From contig SCTB01000026.1 in the NCBI GenBank assembly GCA_004297545.1, positions 10,207 through 74,206 of the forward strand: a DNA stretch of 64,000 bases, given 5' to 3'. Source of the stretch: Alphaproteobacteria bacterium. GTDB taxonomy: Bacteria; Pseudomonadota; Alphaproteobacteria; Micavibrionales; UBA2020. The notes below the pieces were generated by a model that made no database searches, had not been told where the DNA came from, and saw nothing but the letters and a program-made list of their open reading frames with translations. The position numbers were made by a program, and so were the translations under genes. Numbering within the stretch: position 1 is the first letter of the stretch; the number at the start of each line of letters is the position of its first letter. Below are positions 38,440 to 48,936 of this stretch, in pieces.

Positions 38440-40134
38440 ATGCACCGCAAAAAACAACCTTTCCCTATTGCAACTGCCCTCCGCGCGGGTCTGAAAAATT
38501 ATACCGCGAAGACGTTCCGCGCCGACCTGACCGCGGGGCTCATCGTCTCGCTTGTCGCGCTGCCGTTATCCATGGCGCTGGCCATCGCCGTCGGCCTGCC
38601 GCCGCGGCACGGGCTTTACACGGCTATCGTCGCGGGATTCGTCTGCGCCATCCTGGGCGGCTCGACCTCGCAGGTCAGCGGACCGACCGCCGCCTTCGTC
38701 GTCATCGTCGCGCCCATCGTGAAGGCCTACGGGCTGCACGGCATCATCTGGTGCGAGATCATGGCGGGGCTGATGCTGGTTGCGATGGGCGCCTTCCGGC
38801 TCGGCAAGCTGATCCATTACGTGCCCTACCCCGTTGTCACGGGATTTACGGCGGGCATCGCGGTGACGATCGGCACGCTGGCGCTGAACGACTTTCTGGG
38901 CCTTGGCATCACGGAGCTTACCGGGCATTTCGTCGACAAGGCCATCACCATCATTCAAAGCCTGCCGTACATGAGGGGGTCGGAACTTATCGTCGGCATG
39001 ATAACGCTGATCACCATCCTCTACCTGCCCCGGCTGACGACCAGAATTCCCTCCCCCGCCGCCGGCATTGCGCTTGGCACGCTCGCGGCATGGCTGATGT
39101 CGCGTTACGGCTTCGAGGTCGACACGCTGAACACGCGCTTCAGCTATATCGACGATGCGGGCCTGTCGCATCATGGCATCCAGCCTTATCCTCCCAAGCT
39201 GCACCTGCCGGGCTCGGGCGACGAGCTCTTTGCGATACCGTCCTATGACGAGTTCCAGGTGCTGTTCAGCTCTGCCATGGTCGTGGCGGCGCTGGCCGCG
39301 CTTGAATCGCTCTTGTCCGCCACGGTCGCCGACAGCATGGCGCGCACGCACCACGACCCCAATGCGGAGCTGAACGGCATCGGCATCGCGAATATCTTCT
39401 GCGGGCTTGCCGCTGGCGTTCCCGCGACAGGGGCCATTGCGCGCACCGCCGCCAACATTCACGCGGGATGCAAGACGCCAGTCGCCGCGGCTTCGCATTC
39501 CCTGTTTATCCTGCTCTATGTCGTGACGCTGGCGCCTTACATCAGCTATATCCCGATGGCGGCGCTGGCCGCGCTGCTGATAACCGTCGCCTGGCGCATG
39601 TCGCATTTTCACCAGTTCGTGCGCATTGTCAGGATCGCGCCGCGCAGCGACACGGTCGTCCTGCTCTGCTGCTTTTTCCTGACCGTCTTTATCGACATGG
39701 TGGCGGGCGTCGCGGTCGGGATGGTCATGGCGGCGCTCTTGTTCATGAAGCGCATTTCGGATTTCACCAACCTGCATGTCAGCACCTCGGAAAAACCCGA
39801 CATCACCCACGGCAAGCTGAAACCGGGCACCATGATCTACCGCATCGAGGGGCCGCTCTTTTTCGGCTCCATCAACAAGACGCTGGAAGGCGCGGATTAC
39901 ATCGAGGATGACATCAAGAAACTCATCGTCGACCTCACCCATGTGCCCATGATCGACGTCACGGGCATGCTGGGGATGAAGACCTTCCTGATGTCCGTCA
40001 TCCACGACGGCCGGGAAGTTTATCTGTGCGGCGAACGCGACGTCACCGGCAGGATCCGCCGGAAAATCGCGGGAGAGCCCTTCGCCCGCCACGTGCATGT
40101 CATGCATACGGTGCATGAGGCGCTGAAGGCCTGA
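38440..40134 (+). CDS. SulP family anion/C4-dicarboxylate transporter with STAS domain
   Basis: DLTAGLIV..VALPL, GLYTAIVAG, SGPTAAF, ATGAIARTA, GPLFFG. Confidence 0.92.
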   Translation: MHRKKQPFPIATALRAGLKNYTAKTFRADLTAGLIVSLVALPLSMALAIAVGLPPRHGLYTAIVAGFVCAILGGSTSQVSGPTAAFVVIVAPIVKAYGLHGIIWCEIMAGLMLVAMGAFRLGKLIHYVPYPVVTGFTAGIAVTIGTLALNDFLGLGITELTGHFVDKAITIIQSLPYMRGSELIVGMITLITILYLPRLTTRIPSPAAGIALGTLAAWLMSRYGFEVDTLNTRFSYIDDAGLSHHGIQPYPPKLHLPGSGDELFAIPSYDEFQVLFSSAMVVAALAALESLLSATVADSMARTHHDPNAELNGIGIANIFCGLAAGVPATGAIARTAANIHAGCKTPVAAASHSLFILLYVVTLAPYISYIPMAALAALLITVAWRMSHFHQFVRIVRIAPRSDTVVLLCCFFLTVFIDMVAGVAVGMVMAALLFMKRISDFTNLHVSTSEKPDITHGKLKPGTMIYRIEGPLFFGSINKTLEGADYIEDDIKKLIVDLTHVPMIDVTGMLGMKTFLMSVIHDGREVYLCGERDVTGRIRRKIAGEPFARHVHVMHTVHEALKA

Positions 40135-40231
40135 TTATTCAGGGATTTCAACGACTTTTCCTTTACATATTGACCGGTTTCCCCGGCCGGTGTAGCGTGG
40201 CGCCAGATTTAAAGCAGTAACGGAGTGTGTC

Positions 40232-40486
40232 ATGCAATTACCCGGCAAAAACTTTCTCAAGAAGGCGTTCCTGGTCGCGGCCGCAGGCGTGGGCCTGACG
40301 GGTTGCGCGGTCGTTCCCTATGGGCACGGCCATGTCGGCGTCGGCGTTTATGTGCCCCCCCCGCAGCCCGTCATCGTGGCGCCGGTCTATCCCGTCTATC
40401 CGGTTTATCGCGCGCCGGTTATCGTCGTTCCGGGCCACCATCATCATGGCGGCTGGCATCATGGCGGCCACGGCCGCGGCTGGTAA
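40232..40486 (+). CDS. Small Pro/His/Gly-rich lipoprotein
   Basis: Lipobox LTGC; HHHHGGWHHGG tail. Confidence 0.7.
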   Translation: MQLPGKNFLKKAFLVAAAGVGLTGCAVVPYGHGHVGVGVYVPPPQPVIVAPVYPVYPVYRAPVIVVPGHHHHGGWHHGGHGRGW

Positions 40487-40493
40487 CTAAATC

Positions 40494-41612
40494 ATGACCA
40501 GACATATCGTCACGCTGGAAGGCGACGGCATCGGCCCCGAAGTCATGACCGAAGCGCTGGGTGTCATCGCCTGGTTCAACCAGAACATGGGATCGCGCAT
40601 CGAAGCCGCGCCCGGCGACATCGGCGGCATGTCCATCGACAAGCATGGCGTGCCCTTGAGCGACGCGACGCTGGAGGCCTGCCGCAAGGCGGATGCCGTG
40701 CTGCTGGCGGCCGTCGGCGGCCCCAAGTGGGACAAGATCGACTATAAAATCCGGCCCGAGGCAGGGCTTCTGAAGCTGCGCAAGGAGCTGGATCTTTTCG
40801 CCAACCTGCGCCCTGCGAAAGTCTATGACGCGCTGGTCGACGCCTCGACTCTGAAATCTTCGGTCGTCAAGGGCCTCGATATCATGATCGTGCGAGAACT
40901 GACGGGCGGCGTTTACTTCGGCGAGCCGCGCGGCATCGAAACCCTGCCTGACGGGCAGCGCCGCGGTATCAATACGCAAGTCTATACCACCAATGAAATC
41001 ATCCGCGTCGCGCGCGTGGCCTTTGAACTGGCGCGCAAGCGCAAGAACCGCGTGTGTTCGTCCGAAAAGGCCAACGTGATGGAATCCGGCAAGCTGTGGC
41101 GCGAGGAAGTCACGGCGCTGCACCAGAAGGATTACAAGGACGTCGAGCTCTCGCATATGTATGCCGACAACTGCGCGATGCAGCTGCTGCGCAACCCCGC
41201 GCAGTTTGACGTGATTGTGACCGACAACCTGTTCGGCGATATTTTGTCGGACGAAGCCGCGATGCTGACCGGATCGCTGGGCATGCTGCCCTCCGCCTCT
41301 CTCGGCGCGCTGATCAACGGCAAGCGCGCGGCGCTCTACGAGCCCATTCACGGCTCCGCCCCCGATATCGCCGGCAAGGGCATCGCCAACCCGCTCGCGA
41401 CCATCCAGTCGGTCGCGATGATGTTCCGCTATTCCTTCGACATGGCGCGCGAGGCCGAAACGCTGGAAACCGCCATCGAGAGCGTGCTGAAGCGGGGCCT
41501 CCGCACCGCCGACATCATGTCGGAAGGCTGCAAGAAGCTGTCGACGAAGGAAATGGGCGTGGCATTGATTGCCGAGCTGAATGCAACGCTGAAAACGGCG
41601 AAGACGGCCTGA
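40494..41612 (+). CDS. leuB: 3-isopropylmalate dehydrogenase
   Basis: [33 protein letters not shown]. Confidence 0.98.
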   Translation: MTRHIVTLEGDGIGPEVMTEALGVIAWFNQNMGSRIEAAPGDIGGMSIDKHGVPLSDATLEACRKADAVLLAAVGGPKWDKIDYKIRPEAGLLKLRKELDLFANLRPAKVYDALVDASTLKSSVVKGLDIMIVRELTGGVYFGEPRGIETLPDGQRRGINTQVYTTNEIIRVARVAFELARKRKNRVCSSEKANVMESGKLWREEVTALHQKDYKDVELSHMYADNCAMQLLRNPAQFDVIVTDNLFGDILSDEAAMLTGSLGMLPSASLGALINGKRAALYEPIHGSAPDIAGKGIANPLATIQSVAMMFRYSFDMAREAETLETAIESVLKRGLRTADIMSEGCKKLSTKEMGVALIAELNATLKTAKTA

Positions 41613-41621
41613 TTTCGCCCC

Positions 41622-42023
41622 TTGATAAAGGAGCAGTACCTGATGTTTTCCGATGATGAACAGAAAGTTGTCGACAACGCGCGCGACGCCATGGGCAAAC
41701 GGGCGGATTTCTTCAATGAGGCCGCGAAGCGCCACCCGAAGCATGCGAAGGAGTTCAGCGCCCTGGCGGAGGCGACGCGGGATATGGCGCAGCTGTCCTA
41801 TGCGGAAAAACCCGACTCGGCGCTTTCCCGGCGCGTAGCCGACCAATATGGCCCGAACCTGAAGACTCTTTTGATCGCCTCGGCGCGGGATTCTTCGCTG
41901 ATGGATGAGCTGAAGAACAGCCAGGAAGTCGTCATGCGCGAAATGGATGACTTCTACGCCGCCAATCCCTCTCTCGTTCCGGTGAGGGACGCGCTGCAGA
42001 AAAAGCTGAACGGGCCGAAGTAA
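41622..42023 (+). CDS. Hypothetical helical protein
   Basis: ORF between leuB and the kinase; probable ATG near 41643 after AAGGAG. Confidence 0.6.
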   Translation: MIKEQYLMFSDDEQKVVDNARDAMGKRADFFNEAAKRHPKHAKEFSALAEATRDMAQLSYAEKPDSALSRRVADQYGPNLKTLLIASARDSSLMDELKNSQEVVMREMDDFYAANPSLVPVRDALQKKLNGPK

Positions 42024-42025
42024 AC

Positions 42026-43033
42026 GTGACGACACCGGACAAAAAATTCGATGTCGTCGCGATTGGCGCGGTCTGCGTGGATGCGCAGGTCATTGGCGAC
42101 GATGCGCTACTGGAGCGTTACAGCCTCACTAAAGCCGTCTCAAACGACATTGGCGCTGACGTGCTGAAATACGCGGCGGATGACGGCATGCCCAAAACCG
42201 CGGGCGGCCCGGCCACGAATATCGCGGCAGGCATCGCCCTGCGCGGCGGAAATGCGGCGCTTGTCGGAAAAGTCGCGGGCGACGATCTCGGCAGTTTCTT
42301 TTCCGCGCGCATGCAGTCCTTCGGCGTGGAATACACGGCGCTGCTGGCCGAGGACGCAGACAAGGGCACCACCTTCATCATGGTCGTCACCACGCCCGAC
42401 AAGGAGCGCACCTTCGCCTGCTATAACGGCGCGGGGCTGATGCTGTCGCCCGAGGACATCGACCGCAGCCTGATCCGCGAGGCAAAGATCACCTATCTCG
42501 ATTCATACCTCTGGCTCTCGGAAAACGGCCGCGAGGCGGTGCGCCATGCGGCCGAAACCGCCAAGCAGGAGGGCAGCCTCGTCGCCCTGTCGCTGAACGA
42601 TAGGCATATCGTCGAGAAAAACCGCGAGGCGTTTCTCTCCCTTGCGACATCGCATGCAGATATTCTGGTGGGCGATCAGAAAGAATTCGGCGCGCTTTTC
42701 GGCACCACGACTCTCGAAGAGACGAAGGATGCCGTTGCGAAACTGGGCGTCATCGCTTCCATCACCGCCGGCGCGAAGGGCGCCTATGTCATCGAGGACG
42801 GCGTGATGACCCATGTTCCCGCGGAAAAAATCGAGCATGTCGTCGATACCAGCGGCGCGGGCGACGCCTTCGCCGCCGGGTTCCTCTATGGCCTCTCGCA
42901 GGGCAAGACCGCGCCCGATGCAGCATCCATAGGCGCCTCTTGGGCGGCCGACATTATCCAGCATTTCGGCGCGGAACCGAAAATAGGGAAAAACGCCTCG
43001 CCGTCCGCGCCGGGCCGGAAGCATGCCCCTTAA
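42026..43033 (+). CDS. PfkB family (adenosine kinase-like) carbohydrate kinase
   Basis: GGPATN, GKVAGDDLG, DTSGAGDAFAAGF. Confidence 0.9.
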   Translation: MTTPDKKFDVVAIGAVCVDAQVIGDDALLERYSLTKAVSNDIGADVLKYAADDGMPKTAGGPATNIAAGIALRGGNAALVGKVAGDDLGSFFSARMQSFGVEYTALLAEDADKGTTFIMVVTTPDKERTFACYNGAGLMLSPEDIDRSLIREAKITYLDSYLWLSENGREAVRHAAETAKQEGSLVALSLNDRHIVEKNREAFLSLATSHADILVGDQKEFGALFGTTTLEETKDAVAKLGVIASITAGAKGAYVIEDGVMTHVPAEKIEHVVDTSGAGDAFAAGFLYGLSQGKTAPDAASIGASWAADIIQHFGAEPKIGKNASPSAPGRKHAP

Positions 43034-43044
43034 ACATAACTTAA
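43030..43044. promoter_or_regulatory. CtrA-type box TTAA-N7-TTAA upstream of nfeD
   Basis: ttaa acataac ttaa. Confidence 0.5.
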
Positions 43045-43136
43045 TTCATATACCATAATATTCCCCCCGTACGTATGGGTAAAATTCCTGCGTTCTGCTA
43101 GTCTTTTGAAAGCGCGTTCGAGGGGGCGCTGGCCGC

Positions 43137-44510
43137 ATGAAAAAGACGCTTATCCGCATCTTCAGCGTATTCCTGTTCGTGACGGGCATCATGGCCTTTC
43201 AGGAAGCCATCGTGCGCGCGGAAAGCGACATCGACAAGCCTCTCGCCTATGTCGTCGAAATCAACGGAATCATCAGCCCCTCGACCTACGATCTTATCGA
43301 GCGCAACCTGCACAACGCCGAAAAGGCCCATGCCGATATCGTGGTCCTGCAGATGCAGACGCCGGGCGGGCTGTATGAAAGCACCCAGCAGATCATCCAG
43401 GGCATCCTGCAGAGCCCCGTGCCCGTCGCCACTTTCGTCTCGCCGCCGGGCTCTCGCGCCGCCAGCGCCGGCACCTATATTCTCTACGGCAGCCATATCG
43501 CCGCGATGGCGCCCTCCACGAATATCGGCGCCGCCACGCCCATCAACATGCTGGACGAGAACCGGCGTAAGTCCGACGACCCCGAAGCCGCAAAGCAGGC
43601 CGCGCAACCCCAGACGACGCTGGAGAAAAAGATCATCAACGACGCCGCCGCCTATATCCGCGGCCTCGCCGTGCGCTATGACCGCAACGGCGAATGGGCG
43701 GAAAAGGCCGTGCGCGACGCTGATTCCATCAACGCGGACGAGGCCCTTGCCAAAAAAGCCATCGAAGTCATCGCCAACGACGTGCCGGACCTGCTGAACA
43801 AGATCGATGGCCGCACCGTGAAGATGGCGAACGACAAGACGATGAAGCTGCGCACGAAAGGCGCGAAAATCGTCGACATCAAGCCCGACTGGCGCACGGC
43901 GCTGCTCGACGTCATTGCCAACCCGAACATCGCCTTCCTGCTGATGTCGCTCGGCACCTACGGCCTGATTTACGAATGCGTGCATCCCGGCGCCATCGCG
44001 CCCGGAGTCATCGGCGCGATCTGCCTGCTGCTGGGCCTGTTCGCGATGAATGTGCTGCCGATCAACTACGCCGGCCTGTCGCTGATGGTGCTGGGCATCG
44101 CCCTGATGGCGGGCGAGGCCTTTGCGCCCAGTTTCGGGGCGCTCGGCATCGGCGGCGCGGTATCTTTTGCAGTGGGGGCAACCATGCTGATTGATTCTTC
44201 CGATCCAAGCTACGCCATCGACCCGTGGATGATCGCGGGCGTGACGCTGGCGAGCGTGGCGTTCCTCTCCGTGCTTCTGGCCGTCGCCATCCGCGCGCAG
44301 CGCCGCCCGACGGTGACCGGCATCGAGGAGATCAAGGCCGCCGTCGCCGAAGTGATCGACTGGAGCCAGGGACAGGGACAGGTGCGCGTGACCGGCGAGA
44401 TCTGGATGGCGCGCGCGGCTTCGGCCGACTTCATCATCAACACGGGCGACAAGGTGAAGGTCGTCGATATCGACGGGCTGAAGCTGATCGTCAAGCCCCA
44501 CACGGCTTAG
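43137..44510 (+). CDS. nfeD: NfeD family membrane-bound serine protease
   Basis: TPGG, AASAG, NIGAATP ClpP-like domain; TM region; C-terminal OB fold (GEIWMAR). Confidence 0.92.
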   Translation: MKKTLIRIFSVFLFVTGIMAFQEAIVRAESDIDKPLAYVVEINGIISPSTYDLIERNLHNAEKAHADIVVLQMQTPGGLYESTQQIIQGILQSPVPVATFVSPPGSRAASAGTYILYGSHIAAMAPSTNIGAATPINMLDENRRKSDDPEAAKQAAQPQTTLEKKIINDAAAYIRGLAVRYDRNGEWAEKAVRDADSINADEALAKKAIEVIANDVPDLLNKIDGRTVKMANDKTMKLRTKGAKIVDIKPDWRTALLDVIANPNIAFLLMSLGTYGLIYECVHPGAIAPGVIGAICLLLGLFAMNVLPINYAGLSLMVLGIALMAGEAFAPSFGALGIGGAVSFAVGATMLIDSSDPSYAIDPWMIAGVTLASVAFLSVLLAVAIRAQRRPTVTGIEEIKAAVAEVIDWSQGQGQVRVTGEIWMARAASADFIINTGDKVKVVDIDGLKLIVKPHTA

Positions 44511-44954
44511 ATGCGCGTTCTGAAAGAATACGAGCGCGCCGTCGTTTTCACGCTGGGGCGCTATTCGGGCGTCAAGGGACCGGGAATTATCTTCCTCGTC
44601 CCCTTCATCCAGACCCTCGTGCGCGTGGATACGCGCGTGCGCAAGACGACGGTCAGCGAAGACATCACCTCGAGCGACAACCAGCCCTTCAGGCTCGATG
44701 CCGACATCTATTTCAAAATCATGGAAGCCGACAAGGCTGTCAACAATGTGGGAGATTACGTCCAGGCGACCGGCGACCTTGCCCGCACGGCGATGCGCGA
44801 GATTTTGCGCAAGCGCGCATACCGGCAAATACTCGACAACCTGAACGATCCCGCCATCGAAATTGCAAAAGCGCTGAATGCGCAGACGCCCGCCTGGGGC
44901 ATCACCGTCACCACCGTCGGGCTGCGGCCGCCCGGCGCAGTGCCCGTCAACTAG
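44511..44954 (+). CDS. Truncated SPFH/stomatin-like paralogue
   Basis: EYERAVVFTLGRY..KGPG; lacks N-terminal TM and C-terminal AEAER coiled coil. Confidence 0.7.
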   Translation: MRVLKEYERAVVFTLGRYSGVKGPGIIFLVPFIQTLVRVDTRVRKTTVSEDITSSDNQPFRLDADIYFKIMEADKAVNNVGDYVQATGDLARTAMREILRKRAYRQILDNLNDPAIEIAKALNAQTPAWGITVTTVGLRPPGAVPVN

Positions 44955-44960
44955 GTTTGA

Positions 44961-45260
44961 TTACCAGTACCTTATCGTCGATCCCTTGAGGATGCCCTTG
45001 CAGACGATGCCTTCGACGGGCTGGCCCTTTTCGTTGACGGCCTTGAACTTCGTCTTGAAAAAATCGCCGCTGCCGCAGCCGCCGAACCAGGCGCGGCTGT
45101 CCTTGATTTCGATGTTCTGCAGCGCGGTCGTTTTTTCGAGCGTATCCCGCGCGCCTGCCGGGTCACGGTAAGGAAAATTAGCGGCTCCCGCGAGGACAGC
45201 CATGCCGAACACCGCGCCCAGCCCCAATTTAAACAATCCTTCAATGCCGTCGAATTTCAT
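44961..45260 (-). CDS. Small exported protein with a Cys pair
   Basis: N-terminal TM; WFGGCGSGDFFKTKF...GIVCKG..KGSTIR; GGAGG RBS. Confidence 0.7.
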   Translation of the reverse strand: MKFDGIEGLFKLGLGAVFGMAVLAGAANFPYRDPAGARDTLEKTTALQNIEIKDSRAWFGGCGSGDFFKTKFKAVNEKGQPVEGIVCKGILKGSTIRYW

Positions 45261-45475
45261 ACTTCCCTCCTCCTACAATTTCAACGACCTTAAGACTGTT
45301 TTTACCTTATGTCAAATAAAGCGGCGTAAAAGCTCCCATAACTTGTATTTATTGGAACTCATCCCCGGCACGATTGGAAAAAATCCCGCCTCCCAAATTA
45401 CCGGCGGGAGAATTCCCCTTTTCTTTCTTCCGCCCGCACAGGACAATACCCAAAGCAAGCAAAGGAGTTTTGCAC

Positions 45476-46216
45476 ATGGGCGGTTATGGTTTTATCATTT
45501 TCTTTGTCGTCGTCATCTTCGTTTTCTTCGCCTATTCCCTGCGCGTCATGCGGGAATACGAGCGCGGCGTGGTCTATACGCTCGGCCGCTATTCGGGCGC
45601 GAAGGGCCCCGGCCTGATCATCCTGGTGCCCGGCGTGCAGCAGATGGTCCGCGTCGACCTGCGCGTGCGCACGATCGACGTCCCCAGCCAGGACATCATC
45701 ACCAAGGACAACATTTCGGTGAAGGTGAACGCGGTCGTCTACTTCCGCGTCATGCAGCCGCAGAATGCCGTCAACAACGTGGCGGATTTCATGCGCGCGA
45801 CCTCGGAACTGGCGCAGACCACCCTGCGCGAGGTGCTCGGCAAGCACGACCTCGACGATATCCTGAAGGAGCGCGACAAGCTTTCCGCCGACCTGCGCGA
45901 GCTTCTGGACGGGCAGACCGACCAGTGGGGCATCAAGATTTCCAACGTGGCGCTCAAGCACGTCGATATCGCGGAAAGCATGATCCGCGCCATCGGCCGC
46001 CAGGCGGAAGCCGAGCGGGAAAAGCGCGCCAAGATCATCTCGGCCGACGGCGAACTGCAGGCCGCCGACAAGCTCTGCGAGGCGTCCAAGAAGCTGGTCG
46101 CCGAGCCGGGCGCGATGCAGCTGCGCTATCTCTCGGCCGTGCAGGACATTGCGGATGACAAGACCAAGACCATCCTGCTGCCGATTCCCATGGAGATCCT
46201 CAAGCGCCTGATGTAA
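45476..46216 (+). CDS. SPFH/stomatin (slipin) family protein
   Basis: EYERGVVYTLGR, VDLR, ITKDN, LAQTTLR, QAEAEREKRAK, QLRYL. Confidence 0.93.
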   Translation: MGGYGFIIFFVVVIFVFFAYSLRVMREYERGVVYTLGRYSGAKGPGLIILVPGVQQMVRVDLRVRTIDVPSQDIITKDNISVKVNAVVYFRVMQPQNAVNNVADFMRATSELAQTTLREVLGKHDLDDILKERDKLSADLRELLDGQTDQWGIKISNVALKHVDIAESMIRAIGRQAEAEREKRAKIISADGELQAADKLCEASKKLVAEPGAMQLRYLSAVQDIADDKTKTILLPIPMEILKRLM

Positions 46217-46379
46217 TTTTCCCCCCGCCCCCTTGAACGGGCGGCAGAGCGGAAGAAAATGCAAGAAGCCCCTTGAATTTCTTGTATTTACTTCCGTTCT
46301 TTTTGCTTGCTTTTCCAGAGAGTTATGGTTAATCTCCATCCGAATTAGGAAAAATAATCCTCCTCCGGGTGTCCTTCGC

Positions 46380-48059
46380 GTGGCGTATTCAAAAGCCGAT
46401 GAGATGTATGAAAAGCTGAAGAAGATGCGGGCCGACAAGCTCGCGCCGCGGTCTTCGACGCCTCCCGGCAAGCCCTCATCGCCCAATGCCATGATCGCGG
46501 CGGTCCGGGCGAAAATGAAATCCCTGTGGCAGGACCTCAAATACGACTGGAAGTACGGCTCGCGCGAACCCGAGAAGCCCGCGGGCTTCCTGACGCGCGC
46601 GTTCAAGAAAGCCCTCATCGTTTCGACGGGGGCGAGCGTGCTGGCGCTCGGCATGTCGTTCCTGGCCGGCAATGCCATCGAGCGCACCTACCGCAGCATC
46701 TTCCGCCCCAATCCTTTCGTTCTGTCTCTGACGACCGACACCCCGCGCAGCGAGGACAAGGTCGCGCCGCTCTTCGTCGGCACGTCGGAAGTCATGCGCA
46801 CCATTGCCATGCAGGAGGACCTTCTCACGCTGGGATACCCTTTAAGCGACTGCGGCGCAAACGGCGAATTCAAGAAACAGGAACTCACCGCGCTGAACTG
46901 GTTCCGCGCCTCGCTCGGCATGCCTCCATCCGAATTCGCGGACGGCCGCACCCTGCGCCATCTGGCCGAACAGGCGCAGATGCGCCGCCAGCTGCAAGGC
47001 GAATTCGGCGGCGCCTCGACGAAACAGGCCGTGTTGCGCAAGAGCATCGTGAGCCCCAGCCTGGCCGAAAAGATGCGCATCCGCGAAGTGCAGGCGGATC
47101 TTTACCAGCTGGGCTATAAGGTCGGCGCCTGCCGCATGAACGGCGTCATGACCGATCAGGTCGTCGCCTCTGTCACCCAGTTTCAGGAAAAGCAGGACAA
47201 TATCTGGGCGAATGGCGAAGTGGACTACAAGACGAAATTCGCGCTGCATGCCGCTGCGCGCAAGTCGATGGCGGATGCCGGCCTGCTGGATAACGCGAAG
47301 GCTCAAGGGCTTGATGATTTCTCCGCCATCATCAACGGCCAGTCGATGTCGGGCGACGAGCTGCACCAGGCAGCCGTGCGCTACGTGAAGGAAAAGGGCG
47401 CGCCCGAATACGTGGTGCAGGCCGTGATGGAAGCGGTGGAGAAAGCCGGCTTCGACTTCAATTACATGATGGACCTGACCGCGCGCGAAAGCGGCTACAA
47501 GCCCTGGGTGGGCGCCGGCACCAGCACGGCCTATGGCAGCTTCCAGTTCACCGACGGCACCTGGATCAACGTCTTCAAGGCCTATGGGCCGAAATACGGC
47601 TATGGCGAGCTGACCAAAAAGATCAGCGGCGGAAAAATCAACGCCCCGCCCATCGAGGCCAAATACATCATGGACCTGCGCAACGACCCCAAGGTCGCGG
47701 CGCTGATGGCGATTGAATTCTCGAAGGACAACCTCGCCCGCCTGCAGGACAGCGTCGGCGGCGCCATCGGCAAGACCGAGCTTTACCTCGCGCATTTCTT
47801 AGGATACGGCGGCGCCACGAAGTTCATCTCTGAATTCCGGCGCGACAACGCACAGGCCGCGGCCACGCTGTTTCCGGCCGAAGCCGCCGCGAACAGGGAG
47901 ATTTTCTATGACGCCGGCGGCAAGCCTCGGTCGCTGGGCGATATCTATACGAACTTCGCGCGCCGCATGACAGGCGGGCAGGCGCTGCGCATGGTCGCGG
48001 CGCAGGGGCAGAAGAAACTGTCGGCGGATAATAACGGCTTCGGGCCAAAATTCGGATAA
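46380..48059 (+). CDS. Membrane-anchored lytic transglycosylase with peptidoglycan-binding domains
   Basis: TM; two PG-binding-like units (QEDLLTLGY; VQADLYQLGY..FQ); ARESGY, TSTAYGSFQF...TW, YLAHFLG; start uncertain. Confidence 0.8.
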   Translation: MAYSKADEMYEKLKKMRADKLAPRSSTPPGKPSSPNAMIAAVRAKMKSLWQDLKYDWKYGSREPEKPAGFLTRAFKKALIVSTGASVLALGMSFLAGNAIERTYRSIFRPNPFVLSLTTDTPRSEDKVAPLFVGTSEVMRTIAMQEDLLTLGYPLSDCGANGEFKKQELTALNWFRASLGMPPSEFADGRTLRHLAEQAQMRRQLQGEFGGASTKQAVLRKSIVSPSLAEKMRIREVQADLYQLGYKVGACRMNGVMTDQVVASVTQFQEKQDNIWANGEVDYKTKFALHAAARKSMADAGLLDNAKAQGLDDFSAIINGQSMSGDELHQAAVRYVKEKGAPEYVVQAVMEAVEKAGFDFNYMMDLTARESGYKPWVGAGTSTAYGSFQFTDGTWINVFKAYGPKYGYGELTKKISGGKINAPPIEAKYIMDLRNDPKVAALMAIEFSKDNLARLQDSVGGAIGKTELYLAHFLGYGGATKFISEFRRDNAQAAATLFPAEAAANREIFYDAGGKPRSLGDIYTNFARRMTGGQALRMVAAQGQKKLSADNNGFGPKFG

Positions 48060-48071
48060 ATGAGGTGATAT

Positions 48072-48935
48072 ATGTTCACATTTCTTAAAAAATACCTGCG
48101 CCGGGCGCTGCTGATCAGCACGACGCTGGGCCTCGGCGTTTTCATGGGCCCGACGGTCTATGAAGCCCTGCACAACGAAAACCAGCAGGACCACGTGGAA
48201 ACCGCCATGAGCAAGATCTCGCAGGAGCAGGCCTTCGGCTGCGACCCCATGGCCGCGGGCGCGATGAAAGACACGCGCGACAAGAAACTGCCGGAAATCC
48301 TCTATGCCGCCTATGGCAACCTGAACCCCGGCTGGGGCCAGCCGTTCGAGCTGTTCTGGAGCGGAACGACGCGCCTTTCCAACGGCGCGCCCTGGGCCGC
48401 GCGTTTCTTCTCGAAGCACATCAGGACGCTGCCGGAAGAAATGTACAACGGCCATTATTCGACCGCGCTCGATGATCTGCAGACCTATACGAATGCGCTC
48501 GCCAGCCTCGGCGTCGGCGTGTGCTTTGACAACAACCTGACGAAAATCAATGCGGGTTCCGCCTATACGCGGGATATGGGGATTATCACCCTGAACCCCG
48601 ACCTGTCGCAGGGCGATATGGTCGAGCACGCGAAGCGCCAGCTGCAGCGTCTGAACCAGGAACTCGTGCTGCCCTATGAGCGCACGGTCAAATCCGGCAA
48701 CGACCTGACCAGCACCTTTAACGAGCGCGTCACGGCGCTGCGCACCATGACCGCGACGCTGGACGGCCCCGTCATCACCCTGCCGCTGGTGAACGGCGTA
48801 CGGGCGGATTTCGTGGAAGTCGCGCGCAAGAACTATGGCCCGCCGCTGCTCACGCAGCCGCCGGTCGAACAGCCGAAATCCGCGCCCGTCGCCCCCGTGA
48901 AACAGCCGCCCAAGGGCCCGAAGGCAAAGGGATAA
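48072..48935 (+). CDS. Hypothetical protein with N-terminal anchor
   Basis: 287-aa ORF, GAGGT RBS, P/K tail. Confidence 0.7.
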   Translation: MFTFLKKYLRRALLISTTLGLGVFMGPTVYEALHNENQQDHVETAMSKISQEQAFGCDPMAAGAMKDTRDKKLPEILYAAYGNLNPGWGQPFELFWSGTTRLSNGAPWAARFFSKHIRTLPEEMYNGHYSTALDDLQTYTNALASLGVGVCFDNNLTKINAGSAYTRDMGIITLNPDLSQGDMVEHAKRQLQRLNQELVLPYERTVKSGNDLTSTFNERVTALRTMTATLDGPVITLPLVNGVRADFVEVARKNYGPPLLTQPPVEQPKSAPVAPVKQPPKGPKAKG

Positions 48936-48936
48936 G

